DNA of 64,000 bases from an uncultured Gammaproteobacteria bacterium (GTDB lineage: Bacteria > Patescibacteriota > Patescibacteriia > VMEV01 > CAYQCH01): assembly GCA_964503955.1 (NCBI GenBank), contig CAZDCG010000001.1:316210-380209 (forward strand), written 5' to 3'. The notes beneath the pieces are model-generated. The model searched no databases and was not told the DNA's origin. It saw only the letters and a program-made list of their open reading frames with translations. Numbering within the stretch: the first letter of the stretch is position 1; every line of letters begins with the position of its first letter. This document shows, piece after piece, positions 46,101-54,756 of the stretch. Both the position numbers and the translations under genes were made by a program.

Positions 46101-46691
46101 CCCAAGCTCCTCGCTGAAACGGAAAAGCGTTTGGTTGACCAGCTGCTGTTTTTCTAAACCAGGATGATGCTGCACCTCAAAGTAAAAATCATTACCTAAG
46201 AGTTCTTTAAACCGCAGGGCGATTTCTTTGGCTTTTTCTTCCTGCCCGGCAATAATCGCCTGCGAAACCGGTCCGCGCAAACAGCCCGAGAGGCAAATCA
46301 ATCCATCCGCGTGCTTGGCCAGCACTTCCATGTCAATACGCGGTTTATAGTAAAAGCCTTCTTTATTGGCAATCGTTGTCAGCTTCAACAGATTGCGATA
46401 TCCGGTGAGATTTTTTGCCAGGACAATGAGATGATTGTATTTGTCGTCGATGCGGGGACGTTTTTGTGAAAGACTATGCGGCGCAAGGTACATTTCCTGC
46501 CCGATAATCGGTTTGATCTCGTTTTCTTTGCAGGCTTTGTAAAATTCAATGGCGCCGTATACATTGCCGTGATCTGTTAATGCCAGCGCCTCAAATCCCA
46601 GTTCTTTTGCCCGTTTCACCATGGGCTTGATCTTTGGCAAACCGTCTAAAAGCGAATAGTGGGAATGGTTATGAAGGTGGACAAAAGCCAT
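43158..46691 (-). CDS. dnaE: DNA polymerase III alpha subunit
   Basis: PHP domain (AFVHLHNHSHYSLLDG), polymerase core and OB domain; 1177 aa. Confidence 0.97.
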   Translation of the reverse strand: MAFVHLHNHSHYSLLDGLPKIKPMVKRAKELGFEALALTDHGNVYGAIEFYKACKENEIKPIIGQEMYLAPHSLSQKRPRIDDKYNHLIVLAKNLTGYRNLLKLTTIANKEGFYYKPRIDMEVLAKHADGLICLSGCLRGPVSQAIIAGQEEKAKEIALRFKELLGNDFYFEVQHHPGLEKQQLVNQTLFRFSEELGIKTVATCDCHYLHKEDSEAQDLLVCIGTGKEVSDTNRLDMREVDLSMKSEEQIRSGFADHPEAVDETVRVAEKIELEIPLGEFHFPLYEIPQGYTADEWLYDRAHRGLAVRYGYMNAEEAEAATIEQIKERFDQDDAFVIERLRYELEIIKVKKYPEYFLIYSDFCKWTKKQGIMSTTRGSAAGSLVSYSMEILDVNPLDYNLPFERFLNPLRPSAPDIDFDIQDDRRHEVVQYVIDTYGEDKVAHIITFGTMAARGAVRDVGRALGMRYGDVDRISKMIPMGAQGFPMTIERALEENPELKKAYQTEPNTRRLLDYAKKVEGCARHSSIHAAGVVIAPGPLTDFTAVQVDPDTGGNVTQYEMKSIEEAGLVKMDFLGIRNLSILGRAIEIIKRTRGKEIDILNIPLDDPKTFDMLSKGQTFGVFQLGGRGMTRYLMELQPTTIHDIMAMVALFRPGPMESIPEYIARKKDPSKVTYPDPRLETVLEKSYGIMTYQDDVLLTAITIAGYDWLEADKLRKAMGKKIPAEMAAQKEKFIDGAQSHGGLTKKQAQDLFKLIEPFAAYGFNKAHAASYGLVAYQTAYMKANFPVEYMAALMTAEYHDLGKIADAIRECQRLGIRVLAPDINESLSNFTVMDSKTIRFGLLAIKNVGQGIIDVIIEERKKNGPFKDLADLMTRVEDRNLNKKTLENLAKAGALDSLAERNTVLMNMEQILSFAKIQQQVKSSGQSMLFSSMQKEQASLYLQPVDPASAKEQLMWEKELLGVYLSSHPFKKIAKAFDGKVSKLERIDDCPDNHLVCVAAMITDAKTITTKKGDLMSFCQIEDDSSSKELIIFPRTFAQAPNIWMNDQSVLVRAKVSTRDGQAKLICDTAWVITDENLPELKKILSQGRLPTDPSQTIGSQKEPSGVYFHLPALPDPFRTDQLKHLFERYKGNVPVYLKVGQTEHRTIKTSYRIAINEESRYQIQKITGPGSLRVVS

Positions 46692-46947
46692 AAAAAACGA
46701 CGTTTGGAGTGGATACTAGATTAGCATAGATGGAATAGACGTACCAGACGTTTTCAATTTATTGCTCTTGTATCTTAATACTGGATATCTAGAACTCCGG
46801 ATCTCTGAATACCTTATTGAAAAATGTAAGGCTTCAGATGCAAGATACAAGATTCCAGAAATCAGACGCTAGATTGAAAGCAAAAATCCTTCCCCGCGCC
46901 TCCTCGCGGGAAAGGATATTGCCTCCTAAAAATTGTGTTGTTGCCCG

Positions 46948-47841
46948 TTACGACTGCGTGCCGGCGGGTACATCTTCAAGCGCGCTGCGGAATCCGAATT
47001 CGCGCAGGCACCAGCGCTCAACCGATCCCCCTTTCCGCACCGGATTATCCGCCTCCTGCGGATCAGCATCCTGAGGCCAGACAGCGTCCGGCGTGAAGTT
47101 GGTGAACCAGACAAGACTTACCTTGGTCCAGCTCGCCTTGGGCACGCCATGCTCCACGGCGGACGAGCGGTTGCCACAGAGCCAGAGCGAAAGCGACTTC
47201 CCGAAATTGTGGACGATAAGAGGCCCCGGGCCTTCCACCTCCACATCAAAGAGCACTCCGTTCCGGCGGATCTGAAACGGCTTTTGAAAAACCAATCCAG
47301 CGACCGCGCTGGTATCAAGGTGCATCTTGGAAAAGCCGGTCTTGGCCTGGTACCGATTGATCCGTCCGGCCGAAAAGACTCCATGCGCGCTCAGAGCTTC
47401 GCGCAGCTCCTGCACGTCCCGTCCGTAGAAGCGGGCGGCGGCGCTGGCCGCTGCCACATTGGAACGATGCAGCAGCATGCTCACCCTGAGCAGACGGTCG
47501 GTAGACGCGCGCAGGGTCTCGGGAAATCCTCCCTCCATTTGGAAACTGTAGTAGTCCTTGTTCTCCGGCTCTTGCTCGCCCTCCTGAGTCTCCCTGCCGG
47601 TAGCCGTGGGACCTCGCATGCCATGATGCGTGCGCGGACATTGCCGGAGAATCTCATTCCACTCCTCAAAGAGGCGGTAGCAGAACTCCATGGTGCGGGA
47701 GAAGTCTGTTCCCCGAAACGGCAGGTGGGAGACAGCCGTTACCCCCCATTCGTGAAGCTCTGCGCCGGCTTGGGCGGCCTCAGTGCTGTTCACGTCTTCA
47801 AGCAGCGGAAACGGTCTGGCCTTGAGCATGAGTCGAGGCAT
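46948..47841 (-). CDS. hypothetical protein in a GC-rich patch (start at MPRLMLK after an AGGAGGG SD)
   Basis: Clean ORF in a GC-rich region with an SD; no family recognised. Confidence 0.45.
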   Translation of the reverse strand: MPRLMLKARPFPLLEDVNSTEAAQAGAELHEWGVTAVSHLPFRGTDFSRTMEFCYRLFEEWNEILRQCPRTHHGMRGPTATGRETQEGEQEPENKDYYSFQMEGGFPETLRASTDRLLRVSMLLHRSNVAAASAAARFYGRDVQELREALSAHGVFSAGRINRYQAKTGFSKMHLDTSAVAGLVFQKPFQIRRNGVLFDVEVEGPGPLIVHNFGKSLSLWLCGNRSSAVEHGVPKASWTKVSLVWFTNFTPDAVWPQDADPQEADNPVRKGGSVERWCLREFGFRSALEDVPAGTQS

Positions 47842-47998
47842 CAAGCCCTCCTTTTCGAGAGGAGAATAGCATGCTCGAACAGACCTTGTCATTAGTTGCG
47901 AGCTGCGGGTTACAAGTTGAAGGGCAAGCAATGGATGAATCTCTCATAAACAAATCCAGGGATTTTGCCCTGGATTTTCCGGTTTTTTCTAACAATCC

Positions 47999-48295
47999 CT
48001 ATTTCCTCCTCACCGTTCTTTTCCTGGTCGTCTTTTTTTCACCGAAGTACTCAATCGCGCTTTGAATGGCATTGGCTGCCACGCCGATATAGGTTCCGGT
48101 TGAATGCAGCTTGTCTTTGGCCATATCAAGCACCTCATCCGCTTTCTGCATCACTGTGGTGACTTTCTCTACCATATACACTGCGTTTCGCAGCATGCGC
48201 ACAACATAGTAAATCGCCCAGGCGAGAAAGACCGTCAGCAAAGCAACAGCGCCGGCGAGAGTAAGATACAAAATATCGAGAGTGGTGTTGACCAT
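47999..48295 (-). CDS. small membrane protein, hypothetical
   Basis: N-terminal TM helix and a helical C-terminus. Confidence 0.4.
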   Translation of the reverse strand: MVNTTLDILYLTLAGAVALLTVFLAWAIYYVVRMLRNAVYMVEKVTTVMQKADEVLDMAKDKLHSTGTYIGVAANAIQSAIEYFGEKKTTRKRTVRRK

Positions 48296-48426
48296 ATGTA
48301 TTTGTTTTTGTCTAAAGGTAGTATATCAATGTTGCTTATTTCTGTCAGGGGTACAGATCACGAATGCATTACAAATAGACAAAGCCTGTCAAAGCTGACG
48401 ACAAACCGTTTGTGAGATGCAGCCCA

Positions 48427-48460
48427 TTTGTAAATTTGTATCCGATTTGTGATCTGCCCC
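48427..48460 (+). repeat. Solo copy of the GxxExxY-cassette inverted repeat (atttgtaaatttgtatccgatttgtgatctgccc)
   Basis: Near-identical to the rc of 26858-26895 and to 27280-27315; lies just downstream of pheT. Confidence 0.7.
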
Positions 48461-48475
48461 CTCCATCATGCTCGT

Positions 48476-50866
48476 TTATCTCAACCGAGCCCCCAGTTCA
48501 TTCTCCAGCTTCTCCACAATGCGCTTATGCAATGTCTCAGCCTCGCTCATTTCAAGGGTTTTTTCATCGGAACGGAATTCAAGATGAAAGCCAAAACTCT
48601 TTTTGCCGTCTCCATGATGATACACATCAAAAAGCTCAATGTTTCGCAGCAGGTCGGTTCCGGCCTGCAAAACGGTTTGCTCCACCTTGCCCCAGGCCAT
48701 GTCTTCAGCCACCGTTACGGAGAGATCCAGCTGAATCGGCGGAAATTTTGGAATAGGGGTATAGGTGAGCGCATGCTTTGAGCGCGCGACAAGCTCCCTG
48801 AAACGAAGCTCAAAGGCCACGGCCGGACGCTTGAGCCCGACGGACTTCGCTGTTTCATTGCTCACAACGCCAACAGAAACCAAAGGCTCACCATCAATCA
48901 GATAGGCGAAACTGTTTGACGCCTGCAGCAAAGAAGCATCCGATCCAGTCGTGAAATCCGCTCGTTTCTGCAAACCAAGTTTCTGCAGAATAGCCAGAAC
49001 AATTCCCTTGGCTTCTCGAAGCGACCGCTCAAGATCATCCGTGATCACCACGCCGGCCATTTCCGGGTATTCGTCGGGCAAACCTCCCTTTTTCTTTGGA
49101 AGATAGACATGGCTGATCTCAAAAAGACGCTGCACAGGCGCGACTCCCTGGTTAAGGGCCGCCACTTCAAGCAGGCTTGGCAGCAAACGCGTGCGCATGG
49201 CCACATGCTCCTCATCAAGCGGGTTGAGCAGACGGATCGCTTCGCTTGTCTGACGTTTTGATAAAGCAAGCAGCGGCTCGGAGACCATGGAATAGGTGTA
49301 CAGCTCGGTATAGCCGGCTCCTTTCATAAGAGTCTTTACTTTGTCTTCCGCTTCAAGCTGCTTGTCAAAAACCGGCATGGGCATTTCTCCGCTTGGCAGG
49401 GCGCTTGGAATATGGTGATAGCCGTATAGACGGGCTACTTCTTCAATCAAATCTTCTTCAATGCTGACATCCGTCTGCCGCCAATGCGGAACCTGGCAGA
49501 CAAGTTTGTCTTTGGCTGCTTTCATGGAAAAGCCAAGCGCCTTGAGTTGGTGAGCGACCTGCTTCTTGTTGAGCTTGGCGCCAATAACCTGCTCCGCGCG
49601 CGCAAAGCTCATGCTCACCTTTGCCGGTTTATAGGTTTGATACCCTGCCTCAACAAGATCGCTTGCAACATGCGCGCCGGTGATTTTCACAAGCAATTCA
49701 ACCGCGCGCAGCATGGCTTCTTTGCTCATCTGAGGAGACACATTGCGAGTATAATACGCGCTTGCGTCTGAAAATTTATCCAAAGCCATGGCGGTTTTTC
49801 GCACGGCCTTGCTGCTCCAGTCAGCCGCTTCAAGCAAAACAGTTGTCGTTGACTCGCTCACGCCGCTTTCAAGCCCGCCTTTGACTCCGCCAAGCGCGAG
49901 CGCCTTCTCTTCATCGGCCACAACCGGCATAAATGATTTGAGCGCATGCTCCATGCCATCAAGCGTTACAAGCTTCTCCCCGTCTTTGGCCGCGCGGATA
50001 ACAAGCTTGCCATCTTTAACGTTGTCATAATCAAACGCATGCAAAGGATGCCCATACTCGCGCATCACATAATTGGTGATATCAACCACATTGTTGATGG
50101 GCGTATGTCCGGCCGCGCGCAGACGGCGCTGCAACCATTCGGGCGAAGGCGCAACTTTTACATTGCTTAAAACCAGCGCGCGAAAACCAAGACATTTTTC
50201 CTTGTCTTTGATAACCACGCCAAGAGGCTTCTTCTCTTTCGTTTTTGATCCTTTTAGTGCGAGTTTTGGCAGGCGCAGTGTTCCGCCCGTAATGGCCGCT
50301 GTTTCGCGCGCCATGCCGACCACGCTGGCCGCGTCAATGCGATTGGTCGTAATTTCAATATCAAAAACCGTGTCATCGAGTCCAAGCGCCTTGGCCATGG
50401 GCGTGCCTGGCTTGGCTTTGAGATGCGAGTAATCGGTTACGCCGTTTGGATTTGGCGATTTGGCAAGACCAATCTCGCTGTCATCGCAGATCATGCCAAA
50501 ACTTTCTTCTCCGCGAATTTTTGCCGGCTGAAGTTCAACCGGATCACCCTCGCCATGCCAGCGCACCATCGCGCCAAGACCGGCAAAGGCGATCTTCATG
50601 CCCGCTTTGATATTTGGAGCGCCGCAAACGACTTTGTGTTTGTCTTTGCCGGTGGACACAACCGCCAGCTGCAGCTTGTCGGCATTGGGGTGCTTGCTGA
50701 TTTCAAGAATCTCTCCAAGCACAATTTTGTCCGAAAGCAATTCAACTTCCGGCAAAATCCGCTCCACGCTCATGGAGTGCAATGATAAGAGTTTTGCCAA
50801 TTCTTTCGCCGGCGTTTTCGTTTTGACGTATTCGTTCAGCCAATTGAGACTAAGTAAGATATTCAT
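48476..50866 (-). CDS. pheT: phenylalanyl-tRNA synthetase beta subunit
   Basis: 796 aa; tRNA-binding, B3/B4, B5, catalytic-like and FDX-ACB domains in the PheT order. Confidence 0.95.
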   Translation of the reverse strand: MNILLSLNWLNEYVKTKTPAKELAKLLSLHSMSVERILPEVELLSDKIVLGEILEISKHPNADKLQLAVVSTGKDKHKVVCGAPNIKAGMKIAFAGLGAMVRWHGEGDPVELQPAKIRGEESFGMICDDSEIGLAKSPNPNGVTDYSHLKAKPGTPMAKALGLDDTVFDIEITTNRIDAASVVGMARETAAITGGTLRLPKLALKGSKTKEKKPLGVVIKDKEKCLGFRALVLSNVKVAPSPEWLQRRLRAAGHTPINNVVDITNYVMREYGHPLHAFDYDNVKDGKLVIRAAKDGEKLVTLDGMEHALKSFMPVVADEEKALALGGVKGGLESGVSESTTTVLLEAADWSSKAVRKTAMALDKFSDASAYYTRNVSPQMSKEAMLRAVELLVKITGAHVASDLVEAGYQTYKPAKVSMSFARAEQVIGAKLNKKQVAHQLKALGFSMKAAKDKLVCQVPHWRQTDVSIEEDLIEEVARLYGYHHIPSALPSGEMPMPVFDKQLEAEDKVKTLMKGAGYTELYTYSMVSEPLLALSKRQTSEAIRLLNPLDEEHVAMRTRLLPSLLEVAALNQGVAPVQRLFEISHVYLPKKKGGLPDEYPEMAGVVITDDLERSLREAKGIVLAILQKLGLQKRADFTTGSDASLLQASNSFAYLIDGEPLVSVGVVSNETAKSVGLKRPAVAFELRFRELVARSKHALTYTPIPKFPPIQLDLSVTVAEDMAWGKVEQTVLQAGTDLLRNIELFDVYHHGDGKKSFGFHLEFRSDEKTLEMSEAETLHKRIVEKLENELGARLR

Positions 50867-50883
50867 ACATGCTAATATTGCTC

Positions 50884-51278
50884 TTCACTACAAATTACAA
50901 ATTTTACGACGAATCTACAAATCGAGATTCAATACACGCATAAACTTACACCGGAACTAGTGAAGTTTGCCAGAATCGCCAATTGTGTTTTTGTCGTTTT
51001 TAAATAATCCTTGACCTGTTGGATATTTTTTCGAGAAAAATGATTACCTTGCTTTAACTCAAGGATAATTTTTCCTTCGACCAAAAAATCAAGATAGAAT
51101 GTCCCTATTTTCTTTTCTTTAAAGAACAAACGAGCGTGTAACTGACGTTCATATTCCATTCCCTTTTCATCAAGTTATAGACTTCAAAGAGAATTTCTAC
51201 AATCTGATAACTCAATTCACTGTAAATTACCTTCTGTTCTGACACTTGTAGATTTGAAGCCAATTTGTAATTCGTAGT
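50884..51278. mobile_element. Degenerate GxxExxY cassette (inverted-repeat bounded) inserted between pheS and pheT
   Basis: Inverted repeats cactacaaattacaaatt...aatctacaaatc (50884-50925) and cttgtagatttg...caatttgtaattcgtagtgg (51245-51278) flank a truncated GxxExxY ORF. Confidence 0.65.
50929..51159 (-). pseudogene. truncated GxxExxY-family gene (C-terminal half only)
   Basis: MEYERQ...FYLDFLVEGKIILELKQGNHF...QVKDYLKTTKTQLAILANF aligns to the C-terminal half of 26852..27280; the N-terminal GxxExxY region is missing. Confidence 0.6.
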
Positions 51279-51285
51279 GGAGAAA

Positions 51286-52347
51286 TCAAAATTGCTCCAA
51301 AAATCTCAAATCATTTCGATACAGTTCGCGCAAGTCAGGAATCGAAAGCCCTTCGCGCATTAACGCGACGCGCTCAACCCCCCAGCCGAAAGCGAATCCA
51401 TTGTACTTCTTCGTGTCAATCTTTCCCGCTTTGAGTACATTTGGATGCACCATGCCGGATCCTCCAAGCTCAAGCCATCCTTCCTTACAGAATTTGCAGC
51501 CTTCACCTTTGCAAAGTCCGCAGGTGATATCGATTTCAAAGCTCGGCTCCGTAAACTTGAAATGAAATGGCCGGAACCGGATTTCACGATCCTGCCCGAA
51601 AAAGGATTTGGCAAAATATTCCATCACGCCTTTCAGATGGCTGATACTTACGCCCTCATCGATGTACAAACCCTCAAACTGATGAAACATTTGCGTATGC
51701 GTCACGTCGGCCTGGCGGCGATAGCATTTGGCAATATTGATCATGCGGATGGGCAGCTCTCCTTTTTCCATTTCACGCACCTGCGCATTAGACGTATGCG
51801 GCGTAAGGATGACGCGTTCTCCTTTGGCATCCGGTTCGGTGACAAAGAAGGTTTCCCAGTCATCGCGCGCGGGATGATCCTGCGGCATATTCAGCCCTTC
51901 AAACGCGTAGTAATCTGATTCCACTTCAGGATAGCGGACGCGCGCAAACCCAATGCGTTTGAAAATGTCGGTGATTTCACGGATCGTTTGAGTGACCAAA
52001 TGCAAATGGCCTTGCGCGGGAGCAAGCGGCGGCAAGGTCAAATCAACCGCCAGCGAAGCCTCTTCCGCTTCCTTCTTTTTTCCCTCGTAAGCGGCTTCAA
52101 GCGCTTTTTTCAGCTCATTCGCCAATGGACCGATTTCACGTTTTTCTTCCACCGGCAGCCCGCCAAGCGACTTCATAATTTCCGTGAGCTTTCCCTGTTT
52201 GCGGCCGAGATATTGAATATGCCACGCGTCAAGCGCTTTGAGATCTGTCACTTGTTTAAGCGCATCAAGCGCCTCTTTTCGAAGTTGGTCTAACTTGTCT
52301 TTCATAATGATTTGGTAACATCTGGAAACGTATGGTACGTCTGGCAT
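51286..52347 (-). CDS. pheS: phenylalanyl-tRNA synthetase alpha subunit
   Basis: Class II motifs; ends ...LRFLEQF followed by a TGA stop, which shows TGA is a stop in this genome. Confidence 0.95.
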   Translation of the reverse strand: MPDVPYVSRCYQIIMKDKLDQLRKEALDALKQVTDLKALDAWHIQYLGRKQGKLTEIMKSLGGLPVEEKREIGPLANELKKALEAAYEGKKKEAEEASLAVDLTLPPLAPAQGHLHLVTQTIREITDIFKRIGFARVRYPEVESDYYAFEGLNMPQDHPARDDWETFFVTEPDAKGERVILTPHTSNAQVREMEKGELPIRMINIAKCYRRQADVTHTQMFHQFEGLYIDEGVSISHLKGVMEYFAKSFFGQDREIRFRPFHFKFTEPSFEIDITCGLCKGEGCKFCKEGWLELGGSGMVHPNVLKAGKIDTKKYNGFAFGWGVERVALMREGLSIPDLRELYRNDLRFLEQF

Positions 52348-52411
52348 TATTTAATGATTATACGCTATCAAACAAGCAACATTTTGACAAAATGCCATCA
52401 ACTCGTCATAG

Positions 52412-52975
52412 ATGATGCCAAAGGAGGAAGAAGTGCTGTGCAAAAACCAATGCGGAAAACCGGAATACCTTGAAGATCTCTGCGAGGATTGCCATAAAGA
52501 GGCAAGACTCAAGGCCATCGAGGAACGAATTCGCCGGGAGGAAAGCGAACTCACGCCGGCAGAAGACAGGAAGCGTGCCGACCTTGCTCTAAAAGAGCTT
52601 GTAAACAATCAGCCTCTTTCAGAGCCGCCGAAGAAAGCCGCGCGGCCAAAAAAGAAGAAGCGGTCAGCGGCAAAATCGGCACAAGCTGCTGCGGTAAAAA
52701 CGAACGAGAAGCAGCCTCGATCCGCGCTAAAGCAGAAGCGAACCAAGCCGACCACGGTTGAATCAACACCCGCCAAGGCAACCTGCCTGGTGCCGGATTG
52801 CAGTGAAGCGCCGGACCGCGACGGTCTTTGCGTCTGCTGCCGCTCCATGCTGATCCTGTGGCGAAATGAGCGCGATCGTCTGGACAAATGCCCCATCCTG
52901 ATTTCGGGCAGCCAGGTGGAGACCTTCAAGCGGCACTTCCCGGATCGCGCTGCCGAAATGGATCCCGGTGCCTGA
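52412..52975 (+). CDS. Cys-module protein with a Lys/Ala-rich linker (probable start at GTG 52433 after AAGGAGG)
   Basis: Two C-x3-C-x7-8-LC-x-x-C-H/R modules (CKNQCGKPEYLEDLCEDCH; CLVPDCSEAPDRDGLCVCCR) of the same type as the downstream gene. Confidence 0.45.
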   Translation: MMPKEEEVLCKNQCGKPEYLEDLCEDCHKEARLKAIEERIRREESELTPAEDRKRADLALKELVNNQPLSEPPKKAARPKKKKRSAAKSAQAAAVKTNEKQPRSALKQKRTKPTTVESTPAKATCLVPDCSEAPDRDGLCVCCRSMLILWRNERDRLDKCPILISGSQVETFKRHFPDRAAEMDPGA

Positions 52976-53067
52976 CAGGTGCCGGGATCTCTTCATTTCA
53001 AAAACCGTTGACAAAAACAATTTTTTGCCGTTCAATAATCTACCGCCTGAAGAGAAAGGAGTGTGAA

Positions 53068-54129
53068 ATGGATTCTGTGTTATCCAGCAGTCACAAGCCC
53101 CTTCCTCAAGGGCGCGACAGGAAACCACGCTGGGAGGTCTGCCGAAACGGCTGCGCCGAAATTGTATTCGCAAACGGTATCTGCATTGACTGTTTTCTTG
53201 GCGGAGTCCACGCTCTTGTTAAGAAACCCGTTTTACAGCCACCAGCACCAGCAAAACCTGAACCACCACTACCGCCGCCCCCACAAGCCTTTTCATGGAT
53301 TTGCGCTCACTGCACAGATCCGGTTTACCGCGGAATTTACTGCAAAGGGCACTGGACTTTGCTTACCCCGTCCTTTTGTGCAAGAGAGGGGTGCCGCAAG
53401 CTCATCGCCGCAGGAGATTACTGCAAAGAGCACTATGAGGAGTGGTGGAAGGAAAGGACCAGAAAGCGCGGGCAAAGCGGCTGTCTAGCGGCTGAAGTCA
53501 AATGCAATCGATCGCATAAGTCTCATGGGTTGTGCGAAAGACATTACAGCCAATTTCGAAAGCACGGCGATACATCCTACCTGCTGCCCCGGCTGCGATT
53601 GAAATGCCGCTTTCCGGATTGCGGCCGGTATCGCGGCTCAGGAGGCTATTGTTCAACGCACGCCGCTCAACTGCGCGCAACCGGAAAAACACGAGCAATC
53701 AGGCCTTCGAAAATGGCCGAATACTGTTCCATGCCGAGATGCGGACAACCCCATCACGCCAAAGGATATTGTCACGAGCACTATGGCAAATTCCTGAGAC
53801 GTAAGGGGAGAACACCCCACCCCGTCTGCGCGCATCCAGGCTGTGAACGGCGCACAACAGAGAAGTATTGCAAAACACATCGCAGACAGTTCCTCAAGCA
53901 TGGCCGCACCACTGACATACGGACAGGCCCCGTACTCTGCGAGATCCCCCAATGCGGAGGCATTCACCGCAACACCGGACTCTGCCGTAGACATACGCGA
54001 GTGCTTGAGCGTCTTGTGCGCCGCATGACGGAAGATTTCCACTGGCCAACCCCCGAGGAGCGCCAGGTTCACGCGATTGCCTTGAGTCATGGATCTCAGG
54101 TTGCAAAACGTGTCATTCTCGTCGCCTAA
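53068..54129 (+). CDS. protein with ~8 tandem C-x2-4-C-x6-9-C-x2-H zinc-finger-like modules
   Basis: Repeats such as CRNGCAEIVFANGICIDCF, CAREGCRKLIAAGDYCKEHY, CRFPDCGRYRGSGGYCSTHA, CSMPRCGQPHHAKGYCHEHY, CAHPGCERRTTEKYCKTHR, CEIPQCGGIHRNTGLCRRHT; AAAGGAG SD. Confidence 0.55.
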   Translation: MDSVLSSSHKPLPQGRDRKPRWEVCRNGCAEIVFANGICIDCFLGGVHALVKKPVLQPPAPAKPEPPLPPPPQAFSWICAHCTDPVYRGIYCKGHWTLLTPSFCAREGCRKLIAAGDYCKEHYEEWWKERTRKRGQSGCLAAEVKCNRSHKSHGLCERHYSQFRKHGDTSYLLPRLRLKCRFPDCGRYRGSGGYCSTHAAQLRATGKTRAIRPSKMAEYCSMPRCGQPHHAKGYCHEHYGKFLRRKGRTPHPVCAHPGCERRTTEKYCKTHRRQFLKHGRTTDIRTGPVLCEIPQCGGIHRNTGLCRRHTRVLERLVRRMTEDFHWPTPEERQVHAIALSHGSQVAKRVILVA

Positions 54130-54134
54130 TACAC

Positions 54135-54175
54135 CCCGCAAGCAAGGAGGAGCTCGCGGGGTGCTTCTTTTTTCT
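54135..54175 (+). terminator. rho-independent terminator (caccccgc...gcggggtg + TTCTTTTTT)
   Basis: Hairpin plus T-run after the zinc-finger gene. Confidence 0.6.
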
Positions 54176-54177
54176 CC

Positions 54178-54212
54178 CTTGACATTCCGCTTTTTATCCC
54201 GTATTCTCAATC
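54178..54212 (+). promoter_or_regulatory. sigma70-like promoter TTGACA-17-TATTCT for the small-peptide gene
   Basis: cTTGACAttccgctttttatcccgTATTCT; the same architecture as the promoter of the 10911 small gene. Confidence 0.5.
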
Positions 54213-54288
54213 ATTATTCTCCTCTCCGGTTCTCTGCTTTGCTGCCGGCAGAGAACTGGAAAATCATTTCCAGTAGAGGAGGCTGTGT

Positions 54289-54468
54289 ATGTTCAAGCCC
54301 AGCAACGCCGCTACCAAGCCCGAGTGCGTGGCCCCCTGCAAGGAGGTGAGCGATCCGTTCGCGTCCTCCGAACAGGAGGTGCGCCGCGACGGCAACGGTG
54401 CAGCGCAGCTGGACGATGGTCCCTGCGAGGATCTGTACGACGACAACTTCTACGCCGGCGCCGACTAG
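54289..54468 (+). CDS. small acidic Cys-containing peptide (59 aa), not in the ORF track
   Basis: AGAGGAGG SD; the leader ttctcctctcc can pair with the SD; MFKPSNAATKPECVAPCKEVSD...DDGPCEDLYDDNFYAGAD; followed by an 11-bp perfect hairpin terminator (gaccccgattc...gaatcggggtc). Confidence 0.4.
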   Translation: MFKPSNAATKPECVAPCKEVSDPFASSEQEVRRDGNGAAQLDDGPCEDLYDDNFYAGAD

Positions 54469-54756
54469 CGCCCGCCGCCACCGTCGCAAGACACCAAGAC
54501 CCCGATTCGTCATCCGTGACACAAGAATCGGGGTCTTCTACGTTTCTCCCTCGTCACCTTATCCTTAATCTTCCCCTTAAACGAAAAGGAGGAGAACCTG
54601 AAGGATAAGAAAAACAAGCAACCCGCGAACTCGCTAACCCGTTAACTCGTCAACACGTTAACGCTTTTGACAAATCCCCCACCCAAACCTACGCTGTAGT
54701 TACATCCTATCAGCGGTTTTCCTACAGCCTACCTCCTACCGCCTTGAACCTAACCT

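Noticed and set aside
51286-52347. Genome-wide TGA recoding (Gly, code 25) as an explanation for the in-frame TGA at 41115-41120
   Set aside because: pheS terminates at TGA right after its conserved ...LRFLEQF C-terminus, and other genes terminate at TGA at sensible positions. TGA is therefore a stop codon here.
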